Shown piece after piece: positions 35,309 to 46,800 of a stretch of DNA of 64,000 nt. Within the stretch, counting starts at the first letter, position 1. Each line of letters starts with the position of its first letter. The translations under genes and the position numbers were made by a program. Origin of the DNA: Blepharisma stoltei ATCC 30299 (Eukaryota > Protista > Ciliophora); NCBI GenBank assembly GCA_965603825.1, contig CBFDEM010000027.1, forward strand, positions 682,001-746,000, written 5' to 3'. Under the pieces are notes generated by a model that had not been told where the DNA came from, made no database searches, and worked only from the letters and a program-made list of their open reading frames with translations.

Positions 35309-38300
35309 TTAAAGCTTAATAATGCTATTAAAATTAGATTTTTGTCTCCGGACGCCGGGGTAGCGTTTCCTTTTAGACTTTTTGTCAATCATGCTCCAAG
35401 CTAGCTCTTCTTCTCATTCTTCTTCTTCATCAGATACAGAATCATTATGATTTACTTCTGAGTGATATCTAATAGTACTTGGAATTGTGGGCTGATCTTC
35501 TAAAGATCTTATTCTTTTGAACTCTAGATCTGTGAAACTTTCAATACGCAGATTAGAGGCGAGTTCTCTTATTTTTGCTGGCAAATTCATGCATTCTTTA
35601 AGCAAATTTGACTCCAAAAGATCTTGAGAAATGCTATTCCCAACATTATAAGGGATCACTTCTTTTCTAGATAAACTTCTATCAAGGCATGCTAAAAGCA
35701 TAGATGCTGATTCAAATGGCTCTAGAGGCTTGATTTCTATTTTCGTATAAGGAGACTTTACACAGACTTGGCGACTTGTAATGACCAAACTTAATTTATA
35801 TACTTTCAATAATTGCTCTATTAAGCTTGAAAACTGATGATTTGCTTCTTTAAGCACCTCGTCACAGTCGTCCAAAATCAGCAAAATATTTTTATTCTTA
35901 AGGCTTTTTTCATTTTTTTCATCTAAAGATACAACCCACCCTTCTCTTTCCAAGCACTCATAAAACTTCGCAAAACTGTTCTGGTCTTTCAAGCTAATCC
36001 AAAACGTCCCATCATTATATATATACCGTGAATTCACAAAGCTCATCAGCTGCTTTGCAAGTCTTGATTTCCCTACACCTTTTTGTCCGACTATATGGAC
36101 GATTTTTTTATCAAAAAGCTCTTGGATAATTTCAAACATAAGCTTATGGCGACCTATTAAATGATTTTTCTTTTTATTTATATTGGTAGGAGGGGTTGGA
36201 TGAGTCATATCTAGAATTCTGCCTGGATTGAGCAAAGATTCGCTTGATAGGATGTTATGAATGGAATTTCTGAATAATGCGACATTGCCGTTGCCTATTA
36301 AAATCGGGCCTTTTCCAAGATAAAGTTTTGGGCGATTTTTTGAGATTCCGCTGAGGTGTTGGAATAAAATTTTGTTTTCACGAATAAAATTATCACTGAT
36401 GTTTTTGCTTTTTTCTCAGGCTGAATATAATGTGTTGCCTTCTATGATAGAAATATAAAAATTTTCGCAGAATAGCTCAATTGCCCTCTCAAACATCATT
36501 TGAAGCTGCACTATATGCTTATAAATAGGAAATTCCTCATAATCAAAGCATAGTATATGGCTTATTCCTAATTGAGTATTTAAATATAGACCAAGTTTTG
36601 CTGAAAACGGCATAGCCAATACTATCAAATCAAGCCCAGGCCTTTCACAGCTTGGACCAAAAAGAAGATCCATCTCAGAAACCCTTATAGGATCTGCATA
36701 AAATCGATTTGTTTCAAGCACAATTGCATCCTTTTGAGGCATATTTGAAGAAAAATGCAAAACTCTGCATCCTTCTTTAATATATTTTTTAAAATTTTCG
36801 CGTGTCCCTATGTCGCTTTTAATGAAAAAACTTTTATTTTTCCTTTGAAGATTTCTAAGCAAGCTTGATTTAAATTCCGCAAAATAGCTTGATATAATAA
36901 AATCCGCCCCATAATGTCCTGTAGCTATATCCACAGTTACCAATGGATAAGCCCTCAGTAATACGATCACATTATTAGTCCTCCTTTTTATCCTGTCAAA
37001 AATTAAATTTAACTTTTCTTTTATTTCAATTTCTTTATTTCTGTCCTTTAGCAATTTTGCGATATCTAGGACTTTCATTCAGACTTCTTCTGCATTTACA
37101 AACATTTCATTGCAAAAATACATTTCCCCTAAAATATAATAATTTATTTCCTCAAGAGCTTTTAAATTAAGCTCGCTGAAAATTTTCCCTGAAAAAGTGA
37201 GAAAATCGATCATTTCTTCATGAAAAACATTAAAAGAATGCGCCCATCTGCAGTAGGCTAAATTAATTCTAGCTAAAACTAGTTTATTGGGCCAGTCATT
37301 TTCTGGTTCACAGTTATTTCTAGCTATTTTAAACAGCTCTTCTATATCCCCAAATCTTAGACTTCCTTTAGATTGTATCGTAGCCATAGCTTTTAATAAA
37401 TAGCACTCAGATAAAGAGTCTTTAATATTCTGTCCTTCAAAATAATGCCTTGCTTTATCGATTTCTTTATTAACCCTTTCTATCCTGATTTCTTTTTCAT
37501 AGGCTAATTTCATTGAACTCCAGGTCAGTCTGAATTTGAAATTCAAAGAATCGTCAATGGCAAAAGCTTTTAAGCACTTTTTGGCACTGTTCAGAACTGC
37601 AAAACCTTCTTTTTTTTTTCTTAATAAAAACAAGGTGCAGATTGTGCATTGGCTGATTTCGAAGATCAAGTTTCCTAGTTTAGGGTGTTTGTAGCTATGA
37701 AAAATTGTTTTAATATTATTTTCATTAATAAATTCCATAAAATTAGCCTTCATGTTTTCAAATAAAACCTGTGGCAGTAGCTTAGAATTAGTGACGCTTG
37801 CAAAAATGTCTTCATCATGGTCTGGGTTTGAATAAAGTTTTCAGGTAGAAACAGGTGATAAAGCATTCGAATTTATCACCGATTTCATTGTAGCTGAACA
37901 TGCTATATTTGGGACTTGACTAATAGCTTCCATTAGAGCTCTAGAAAGGCTTGCCAAATATTCCATACAGATTATAAACATATTTTGTATAGAAGATGGC
38001 TGATTCAGCAGTTCGTGCCTTAAATAGTTTTGGACTTTGTCTGAAACTATCACTATTTCATTTAAAGAGCCGATAAAGGAGTTTTTTCGAGAATTTGAAA
38101 TTTTTGTGGAGTGGCCTGCTGAGAGGAGATTTTCGTTGGAGCTTGAAAATATTTTTTGGCGCTTCATAGGGCTGTCATATCCTTTATAGCTATCATAGTA
38201 AATATTACTATCACTTAGCCTTATTTTTCCAAGCCATTCTTCGCCTTCTTCATACTCTAACAGCTGTAATGCATCATGCCAATGTTTAGTTACCTTAAAG

Positions 38301-40426
38301 CAGATTAGCCCAAGGTGTTCTCGGAAGACTCCTGAAGGAAAAATAGATAGCAAATTGATAATTTCAAAAGATTCAGGCTTCCGATTCCTTAAATACGTCA
38401 ATGATAAATATACAGCCCTACTATCTTCATTTTTCCCTAATATTGTATGGCTGTTTGTGTATTCTTCTATAAATTCATCAACTGTTTTATCTTGCAATAA
38501 AGGCAAACTTTGGAGAAGCTCTGATGGAGACTTTTTAACTACGTTTAACAGCTTGTCCAAATCCTTAGCAATTTTATGACAAATTTCAGGATTTGTATGC
38601 AAAACTTTTAAAGCATTTGATTTCGACATTTCTTTGACCTCAATTTTCGCCTTGTGGTCTGGATCAATAGGCTTTTCACTGACGACCCAAAATTTTAGAA
38701 ATTGTGTCCTTTCTATCAGTGACCGAATTTTGTTTTTCACTTTATCATTGTAATGAGCTAGACTTTCTCCTATATTATCAAGAATAATTAATACGTGCAA
38801 CGAATCAATAATTCTGGCGAGCTCTTCTTTGCTTTTTTCTCAAGAAATATTCAAGCTCTGTGCGATTGTTGTATTTATAGCGCTAGAGTTACATTTTCCT
38901 TGGAGGTCAATATAGATGACACCATGCTTAAAAAGTCGCCGCTCACAGGCATAAATTGAAGCGCTTTTTACAAGCAAAGATTTTCCCATACCAGATTTCC
39001 CATACACAAACACAATTCGGCTGTTTTTTGTTAAGTCTAGCAGCTTCCTAATATCATCACCTCTTCCTATAATTTTCTGTTTTACCAACGGTGGCTTAAA
39101 TTTCAGCTCAAATCCACAGAGTTCTTTTATTTCTGTTTCTTTTCTTCCTGAAAAAAGTACTAAATTCGCCGACTCTTCATCAGCTTTAAGCAGCTTAAAT
39201 TTCATAGCCTCATGATGTGGTACCTCTTGTGAGCAGCAGCAAATGACCCATGACCCTTCCCTAACTTCTGCCTCAGTCGGAATCCTCGTATTATTGAATT
39301 TTATAGTAAATCTTTTTCCCCACTCACAGTCAATCTTATGCCGAGCGTCATAAAGTCTTCTTTCACACCCACAGCTTTCATCAGGACTGTGAGATCTATG
39401 ATTATTACTTCCTTTTCATAAACAATTTCTTTTATGGTTATGGGCACAGCAGCAAGTATTGTGCATGCCAATTTTCACGCTGTTTTTGGCTTCTAAAAAA
39501 GAGTCATTTATAGTTCTGCCCATCAGAAGATTTCGGTAGAAGCTTGAAGAAAATTCAATAGCGGCGTCGTCTAATATTTTGCATTGGTCATGGATTGTGA
39601 TGACACATTTTATGCCAGCTTCTAAAAACACGTTGCCGATTGCTTGGGAAAAGCAGGCACTTACGATTACAATACAAAAATACTGAGAAAAAGGCTCGAG
39701 TATTTTTTTCAGCCTGCTTCTGTCAACTTCGTCGACCATTCCTAAGCATTCACTGTCTTCAAAAGCCAAGACAAATTCATTTGACCTGTTTTTCTTATAA
39801 TAACCATGACAACTTATATGGATAACTTTAGGTTTGCATTCTAAAATTTCGCTTAAATGCTGCAGAGTGGCAGTCTCAAACCGGATTGATGCGTAGATTT
39901 GGTTCCTTTCAAAAGCGTCAAGGATTTTTCGCCTTTCTGCGTTGAAGTCTAAGTTCCAGTTATCGCATTCTTTGACTTTGAAAGCTCCATCTTTCAAAAT
40001 TAATGGTGCAGCATAAAGCATGCATATGTCAATAATCTCGGCATTTCTTTCAGCGACTGGCTCGATTATTTCTTCTACGTTTTTTTGGACAGTTAGGTTT
40101 CATATGTCGTCTTCTATATCAGCGACTCTATAAAGCAAATGGCCGATTTCGCTTTTTTCTGAGTTTTTTATTTGTATCTCAATATCTTCATCGTTACTAA
40201 TATCAATAATAGAATCCTTCTTGAGCTTTCTATATGCGCATATTTCTTGATCATAAATACTGAGTATTGTTTCTTTGTCTACATAAGCTTGATATTCAAT
40301 TAATAGATCCAAAATATCAGTATAGCCTATACAGCTCTGTTGCAAAAATTTCTCTGGGACTGGAAAACCAAATGTTTCGGTTCCTGTGTTTATACTTCCA
40401 ACGTCGTAGGAGTAAAGCACCCACAT
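35309..40426 (-). CDS. CHAT protease - STAND NTPase - TPR-like - inactive CHAT - STAND NTPase protein (1705 aa)
   Basis: One continuous frame from ATG 40426 to TAA 35309 with seven TGA=Trp (40100, 39416, 38840, 37841, 37079, 36416, 35414); HISCHG and VSAC dyad; Walker A GKSGMGKS and GQKGVGKS; Walker B LIILDN and LLILDDCD. Confidence 0.88.
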
Positions 40427-40471
40427 AACATAAAATATTTGGCTATCAAAATTTCATATTTCTTACAAATC

Positions 40472-41605
40472 ATGGGAGGCTGCAACGAGCGTGAGACGGT
40501 TTTTGAAGAAGAATCAGTGCGAGATCTCAGAACGCAAATGGTAATTGAGTACTTAAAGCAACGGAAGCTGATGGTAAAAAATCTTAAAACGCGTAAAAGA
40601 GCTGAAGACACAGAAAGTGCTGATGAAAACAGCACATATTCAGAAGACGAAAATAAATCAGCTGAAATAGCACCAATAGAAAAGCAGGAAACAAAAAGGC
40701 CAAAAATCGAGGAGCAAGATGAAGCAATCGAAGAAGAGCTAATTCAAAAAGTTGAATTTGCTCCAACGAAAATGAAGCAAGAAGCAGAAACTGAAGAAGT
40801 CTTCATAGGAGCTATTGAAATTTCACCTATGAGGCCGAGCTTGGAAATCCAAAATATTCCCTATGTCGCTTCTTTTAGGCCAACAAAAAAGCCACCTGTT
40901 ATAGAAAAAATAATCCAAGACGCCCCACCAAGGCCAAGCTTGGGAATCCAAAAAATCCCTTTAGTGCACTCAATAAAGCCGAAAAAGGCTGAAGAGCTTA
41001 AAATTGAAAATTTTTCAATCCAAACCTCAGTATCCAGACCGTCACTTGGCTTAGAAATTATGCCAATATCCGTTTTTGAGCCAATCAGGGCGACAATTCA
41101 TTCTCCTATAAAAATTGAGGAAATTGCCAAAGAAATAAACCAGCTAGAAGAAAGAGATTTTTCGCCTTTGCCAAATGATAAAAAGCCTAAGTTTAAAAAA
41201 CTTAAAGAAATCTGTGTAGATGACTTATTTGTTTTTCAAGAAGATATAAATGAGCCTTTACAACCTGACATAAAATTCCCTGAAGAAGAAGAGGATATGA
41301 TAATGATAAAAACCCCTGCTATCAAAGTAGAAGCTCCAGCCAAACAAGAAGCAGGCGTAGAGTCCTCAGAAGAACAAGTCATTGATTTCCAATTTTCTCC
41401 AGAAATCCCGTCCAGAGACTCTGAAGAAATCAGTATGAGAGATAGCTACTCCGGCGCCAATGTATTTGTGAAGTCTCGCAAGCGTATTCATATGTTCAGA
41501 GATAACCCGAAACCTTTAACCCCTGAGATGCACAAGCTGAATTTAGAATGCAGGCTTACAATTGATGAAGAAGCCAGGAAATCAATCGAAAAAATGAATA
41601 AGTAA
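40472..41605 (+). CDS. Uncharacterised acidic low-complexity protein (about 377 aa) with three RPSL repeats
   Basis: First ATG 40472; E/K/P/I-rich; RPSLEIQNIP (40832), RPSLGIQKIP (40931), RPSLGLEIMP (41036). Confidence 0.75.
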   Translation: MGGCNERETVFEEESVRDLRTQMVIEYLKQRKLMVKNLKTRKRAEDTESADENSTYSEDENKSAEIAPIEKQETKRPKIEEQDEAIEEELIQKVEFAPTKMKQEAETEEVFIGAIEISPMRPSLEIQNIPYVASFRPTKKPPVIEKIIQDAPPRPSLGIQKIPLVHSIKPKKAEELKIENFSIQTSVSRPSLGLEIMPISVFEPIRATIHSPIKIEEIAKEINQLEERDFSPLPNDKKPKFKKLKEICVDDLFVFQEDINEPLQPDIKFPEEEEDMIMIKTPAIKVEAPAKQEAGVESSEEQVIDFQFSPEIPSRDSEEISMRDSYSGANVFVKSRKRIHMFRDNPKPLTPEMHKLNLECRLTIDEEARKSIEKMNK

Positions 41606-41668
41606 AATTAAAAGTTGAATAATTCTAAAAATGCTTATTTGGGCATAAGTCCATAATTAACCATAAAT

Positions 41669-41917
41669 ATGCAGAACGAGGACAAAAAGATAGTTGATCT
41701 TTACATCCCAAGAAAATGCTCTGCAACCAACAGACTTGTCGGACCTAGCGATTATTCAAGCGTTCAATTAAACATAGCTGATGTGAACGAAGATGGAGTC
41801 GCCCTCAAGACAAACCAAACGTTTTGCATCTCAGGAAGAGTCAGAAGACAAGGATTCGCTGATGGATGTCTTAACAGACTTTTCAAAGAGAAAGGACTTT
41901 TAACTTTCGCTAAGTAG
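41669..41917 (+). CDS. RPS21: 40S ribosomal protein S21 (eS21)
   Basis: MQNEDKKIVDLYIPRKCSATNR...SVQLNIADV. Confidence 0.99.
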   Translation: MQNEDKKIVDLYIPRKCSATNRLVGPSDYSSVQLNIADVNEDGVALKTNQTFCISGRVRRQGFADGCLNRLFKEKGLLTFAK

Positions 41918-42122
41918 TTTAACATCTCCTTCATATAAACTGGCTTATACTAAAGCTCTTATAAGAATTGTTTGAATTTAAGCTGAGTTATGAAACTTTA
42001 TTTCGTAAATATTGAATCATCGTGGTGCCTTAGTTTTCTTAGATTTAATATAAGCTAAAAAAGCTTATTTATGAATTAGTTTAGATGAATTAGGATTTTA
42101 TTCTAATAAATAGGATAATAAA

Positions 42123-43619
42123 TTAATTTTGTGAAAGCTGAAATGCAAACTGTTTGAGGTTTACAGGCTCTCCTATGTAATGCAAAAATAAAATCGAGTT
42201 TGCATGTCGACAAGCTGCAATTTGCTGACTGTCAAGAACTTTGTCAAAATTTACATTAATTTCATGGTACTCCAAGTTAGGGTTTGCCAGCATTATTTCA
42301 TACAAATTAGAATAGTGGCAAAAAAGTGGCCGGATCACGTTTAAATATCACTCTTTTGAGCCTTTTATAGGAGACACATTTAAACGCTTAGTTTTATAAT
42401 CAGCCAAAACATAGTGAAATACCTCAATATCGTGCTCAGGGAAATAAGTTGGTTGGAATTTTTTAGTCTCTTTTTCGTCTGTCACTGATTTAGGAGAGCC
42501 AATAGGAGAACTTGCGACAGACCTCGACTTCCTTATAACTTGCTGTTCAAATGTTCTTAAAAACTTTTCTTTATGTTCATTTACCTCTGGCTTGATGATT
42601 TTTTTTTGGTACTCTTCTTCAAGTTTTTCGAAAATTCCTTTGTCGTCCATTTCTTTACAAACCCTTAAACCTTTATCTACGAACCATGGGTCATAGTCTA
42701 CCGTGCCATCAGTCAAAGCTTGAAGTACAATACATAAAACCCCTGCTTTTACAGCGACTAATGCAATAACTTTTTCTTGTTTTCCATTTTTTATTTTATT
42801 CGTAAGGGTAAATTGCGGGAACGTGTTGGTTCTGATAAACAAAGTATTAGCGTAATACAGCTTCATGACCTCTTTTGTATCACTTTCTGATAGGTTTCCT
42901 ATAATAGTGCACCCTCTATACATAAACATAACTGAAGTAATAACAGCAGATGGGGAATCTAATGTCAAAATCTCATGCACAATAACAGTTTTATCTAAAT
43001 ATAATAAATTCAAACTATCTTGGATATCCATCCTCACCTCAACAGAAACTGGCAGTACAAGAGAACTGCAGCCTAGTGCCAATGGTAAACACACCTGTGG
43101 ATAAATAATCGGAGACGTCGAGAAATCTTCATCTTCATATAGCATATATGGATAAACCTTATAAAACAAACAAATAAAGACCGGATCCAGGGCTTTTTTC
43201 AGCTTGTCATTCATATCAAGCTTAAGCGTCATTAAGTCTCTTTGGCTCATGCGGCCACTTCTGCCACTCCTAGGCGTCCTTTCACTAATAAGCTCATCTG
43301 TTACACATGGAAAATTGTCAGGAAAAGGGTAAATATTTTTTATTCAAAATAAAGCTTCTTTATATACAGACGTAAGAATTGTATCTGAAATTGTAGGAAT
43401 TATTATCGCAAGATAAAAGTTGGGGTATAATAAATCTACTGCCACTTTACAGTTAGGGTATGACAGAATTTGGAAACTCACTATAGGGAATGGGACTGTA
43501 AAAGCAATTGAGGCGTTTAATGGGTAGAGATAGACAGGCTGATCTGGAGAGCGGCTGCTGAGTATGACTGCTACATACTCAGTTGACCCACTTATGCAGC
43601 GACTCATAAAGTCTTCCAT
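42123..43619 (-). CDS. Inturned-like longin-domain protein, no PDZ (498 aa)
   Basis: Single frame with TGA=Trp at 43344 and 42348; FMYRGCTIIGNL, LCIVLQA, DPWFVD, VFHYV and terminal FAFQL recall Inturned longin 2 and 3 blocks. Confidence 0.55.
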
Positions 43620-43899
43620 TTTATGATTTTTTAAATTAAGTAAATAACTCTTCTCTTCAATTTTTTTCTGTGCAGTGTTCTATGAGGGCTTGAAACAAAG
43701 CAGTAATAAGGAGAAGTCACTGAGAAAATGAAATAAGGAAAAATGATTTTTAGGAAAATTTGATAATAAAAATAATTAAAGTTGTTGAATTAACACATTC
43801 TCCAGTGCACCTCACAGCTCGTAAAATCATAAACTTAAGCAAGTTTATCTAAATCTCTTCAGGGGCTTTGCGAGCCATTAATTCATATTTGTAAAGAGG

Positions 43900-46800
43900 A
43901 TGAGCTTTTACTCTGGCTCTGACGATAATTCTGACTATGGCGGGTTTGAACCGCAGGTCAGCTCAACTCGTAGGTCTTTAAGACAAAGACCTCAAAAGAA
44001 GTAATCAACTACACAGGTACACTGAGATAGACTCTGATAGCGAAGACGAGATAGCAGGTGAAGAGACTTCTGAACTGGAAACCTGACAGGTCTTCCTTAA
44101 TCCACCCATTGACCAAATCCTCGGTTTCTCAAATGAAAAGTACCTCGTCAAATACAAAGACCGCTCATATATCCACCTCAAATGGCTCACTGAGGAGGAA
44201 ATCATTTCCGAGGGTCGCAATGGCAAACTTAAGCTCAATCGCTTCCTGAGGGAACGCATGAATCGACTTCCTGAAGAAGAAGGCAAATTCTTTGACCCAG
44301 CCTTTACAGACGTCGACCGGGTATTATTGACCACAGAAATCTTCCCTGTTGTCCATCCCCGACAGGCAGCTCTCGTAACTGAGCGGTGGCAAGGCAAATG
44401 TGCAGGAATTCTTAGCAAAATTATGAATTTTAGGAGAAATGAATTCTGCTACGCTATACCTTTCTTATACCCTATTGAGCAGTCAGTCAATGGTGGAACT
44501 GAGTATTACAAGAAAGTAAGGTACCCAGTGGACTTTGTAACTATCCATAATCGCTTATACAATGGCTACTACACCTTGCCCATGGAATTTTGGAAAGACT
44601 TGGGCTTTGTCTTTAAAAACTGCCAATTGTTTAACCAAGATAGAGAAGCGGACATCAGGATCATTGGGGACACATTGAGGCAGCTGTCAGTTCACCTTTA
44701 CAAACTCTGGCATGGCAGCACGACTGATGCAGGGCGATACACGCTCAAATGGGTCAGTTTGGTTCCCAATTATGACGTGACCAGTCCAGAGTTTCTTCAA
44801 GTCGATTTAGAAGCTGAAGAATTCACCCAGCAAGACGAAGAAGAAGATTTTAACCTAAATGAGCAGCATTTGTCTCAAGAAGAACTAGCGCAGATACAGC
44901 TGGAAGGGGAGACTGATAAGCTGTTCCTCGTCAAATGGAAAAATTTATCATATAAAGACTCCACATGGGAACCAGAAAGCCTAATCAATAACGCCGCCAA
45001 AATTTCTGATTACTATAGGTTTAACCGTGCATTAGACACACAAGCGCGGCAAGAAATGACTGATTTAAACACAAACTTTACCAAAGTTATGGGCTACCTC
45101 GCTGCAGATGAGGCAAATAAGCGATATAGAGGCTATGGAAATTCACAGTTAATCCATTTATTGGACTCTATAGACTTCCCTACTTTTGATTCAAGGACCC
45201 AAATCCAGCAATTTATTATGTCCCCTGGGTTTAAGGACGGAAAACACCTCAGAGAGTACCAAGTTTTTGGGCTAAATTGGCTGCTTCGAAACTGAAGCGT
45301 CAAAAGAAATAGCATTTTGGCTGACGAAATGGGCTTAGGGAAAACAGTCCAAATTGTAAGTTTTATTAATACACTAGTAAACTCTTATAAATTAAGAGGC
45401 CCGTATCTGGCTATAGCACCCCTTTCGACACTTGCACATTGGAAAAAGACAGTAGAAGACTGGACAATGCTGAACTGTGTGGTTTATCATGACCCGAATG
45501 GCTCAGAAGGCAGAGAATTCTGCAATAAATATGAAAATTATTATATAGACATAATGAAAAGAGGAGGAGTCAGCGAAAAATCAAAACTGGTGAAATTCCA
45601 TATAATGGTCACTTCCTATGAAGTCTTCATGCAAGATTACAACAAATTCTTTGTCGATATCCCATGGCAATTAATTGCTATTGATGAAGCTCATAGGCTG
45701 AAAAACAAACAAGCCAAAATTTTAAGCTTTTTAAGAGAACTTCCTTGTAGGAGATTTGTATTGATGACTGGGACTCCTCTCCAGAATAACACAGAAGAGT
45801 TGTGGTCGCTACTGAATTTTATCCAGCCTCAAGATTTTGCTGACCTTAGTAACTTTTTATCTAAATATGGAAATTTAGAAACAAAAGAGCAAGTCGAGCA
45901 GCTTCAAGAAAACATCAAGCCTTATCTACTCCGAAGGCTCAAAGAAGAAGTAGAAAAGTCAATCCCCCCTCTTCAAGAAACCATTATCGACGTAGAGCTT
46001 ACAAATATTCAAAAAACCTATTATCGTGCCATTTACGAAAGAAACCGTTCTTTCCTATGCAGAGGCACCTTAACACCCCAGCTCACCAATATGGAAATCC
46101 AGCTGCGAAAATGCTGCAACCACCCATATCTAATCAAAGGTGTCGAACAAAGCCATGCTGCAGGACTTATCAGTGATGACGAAAAAATGAAGCGCATGAT
46201 CGAAAGCTCAGGCAAAATGGTCCTCCTCGACAAGCTGCTCCCCAGGCTAAAAGACCAAGGCAAAAAAGTCCTGATTTTTTCTCAATTTACCCAAATGTTG
46301 AATTTAATAGAAGAATACTTACGAATGAAATTTTATAAGTTCGAAAGGCTGGACGGATCAGTCAAGGCTACAGACAGACAAGCTTCTATAGAAAGATTTA
46401 ACACAGAAGAACAAAATATTGACATTTTCTTATTATCAACTAGAGCAGGAGGACTCGGGATTAATTTGACGTCAGCTCAGGTAGTCATTATTTTTGATAG
46501 TGACTGGAACCCTCAGAATGATGTACAAGCTACTGCAAGAGCCCATAGAATTGGCCAAAAACAAGAAGTCCAGGTATACAGGCTGATTACTGCAAGAACT
46601 TATGAAGCAGAAATGTTTGAAAGGGCTTCAAGAAAACTAGGCCTTGACCAAGCTGTGTTTGCAAGAGATAATAAAGCGGAAATTGAAAATCTGCTGAAAT
46701 TTGGAGCTTATAGCATATATGAAGAAGACTCAGGCAGAAGTCAACAGTTCATTGAGTCTAATATTGACCAAATCTTGCAGACCAATACAAGAATAGTTGA

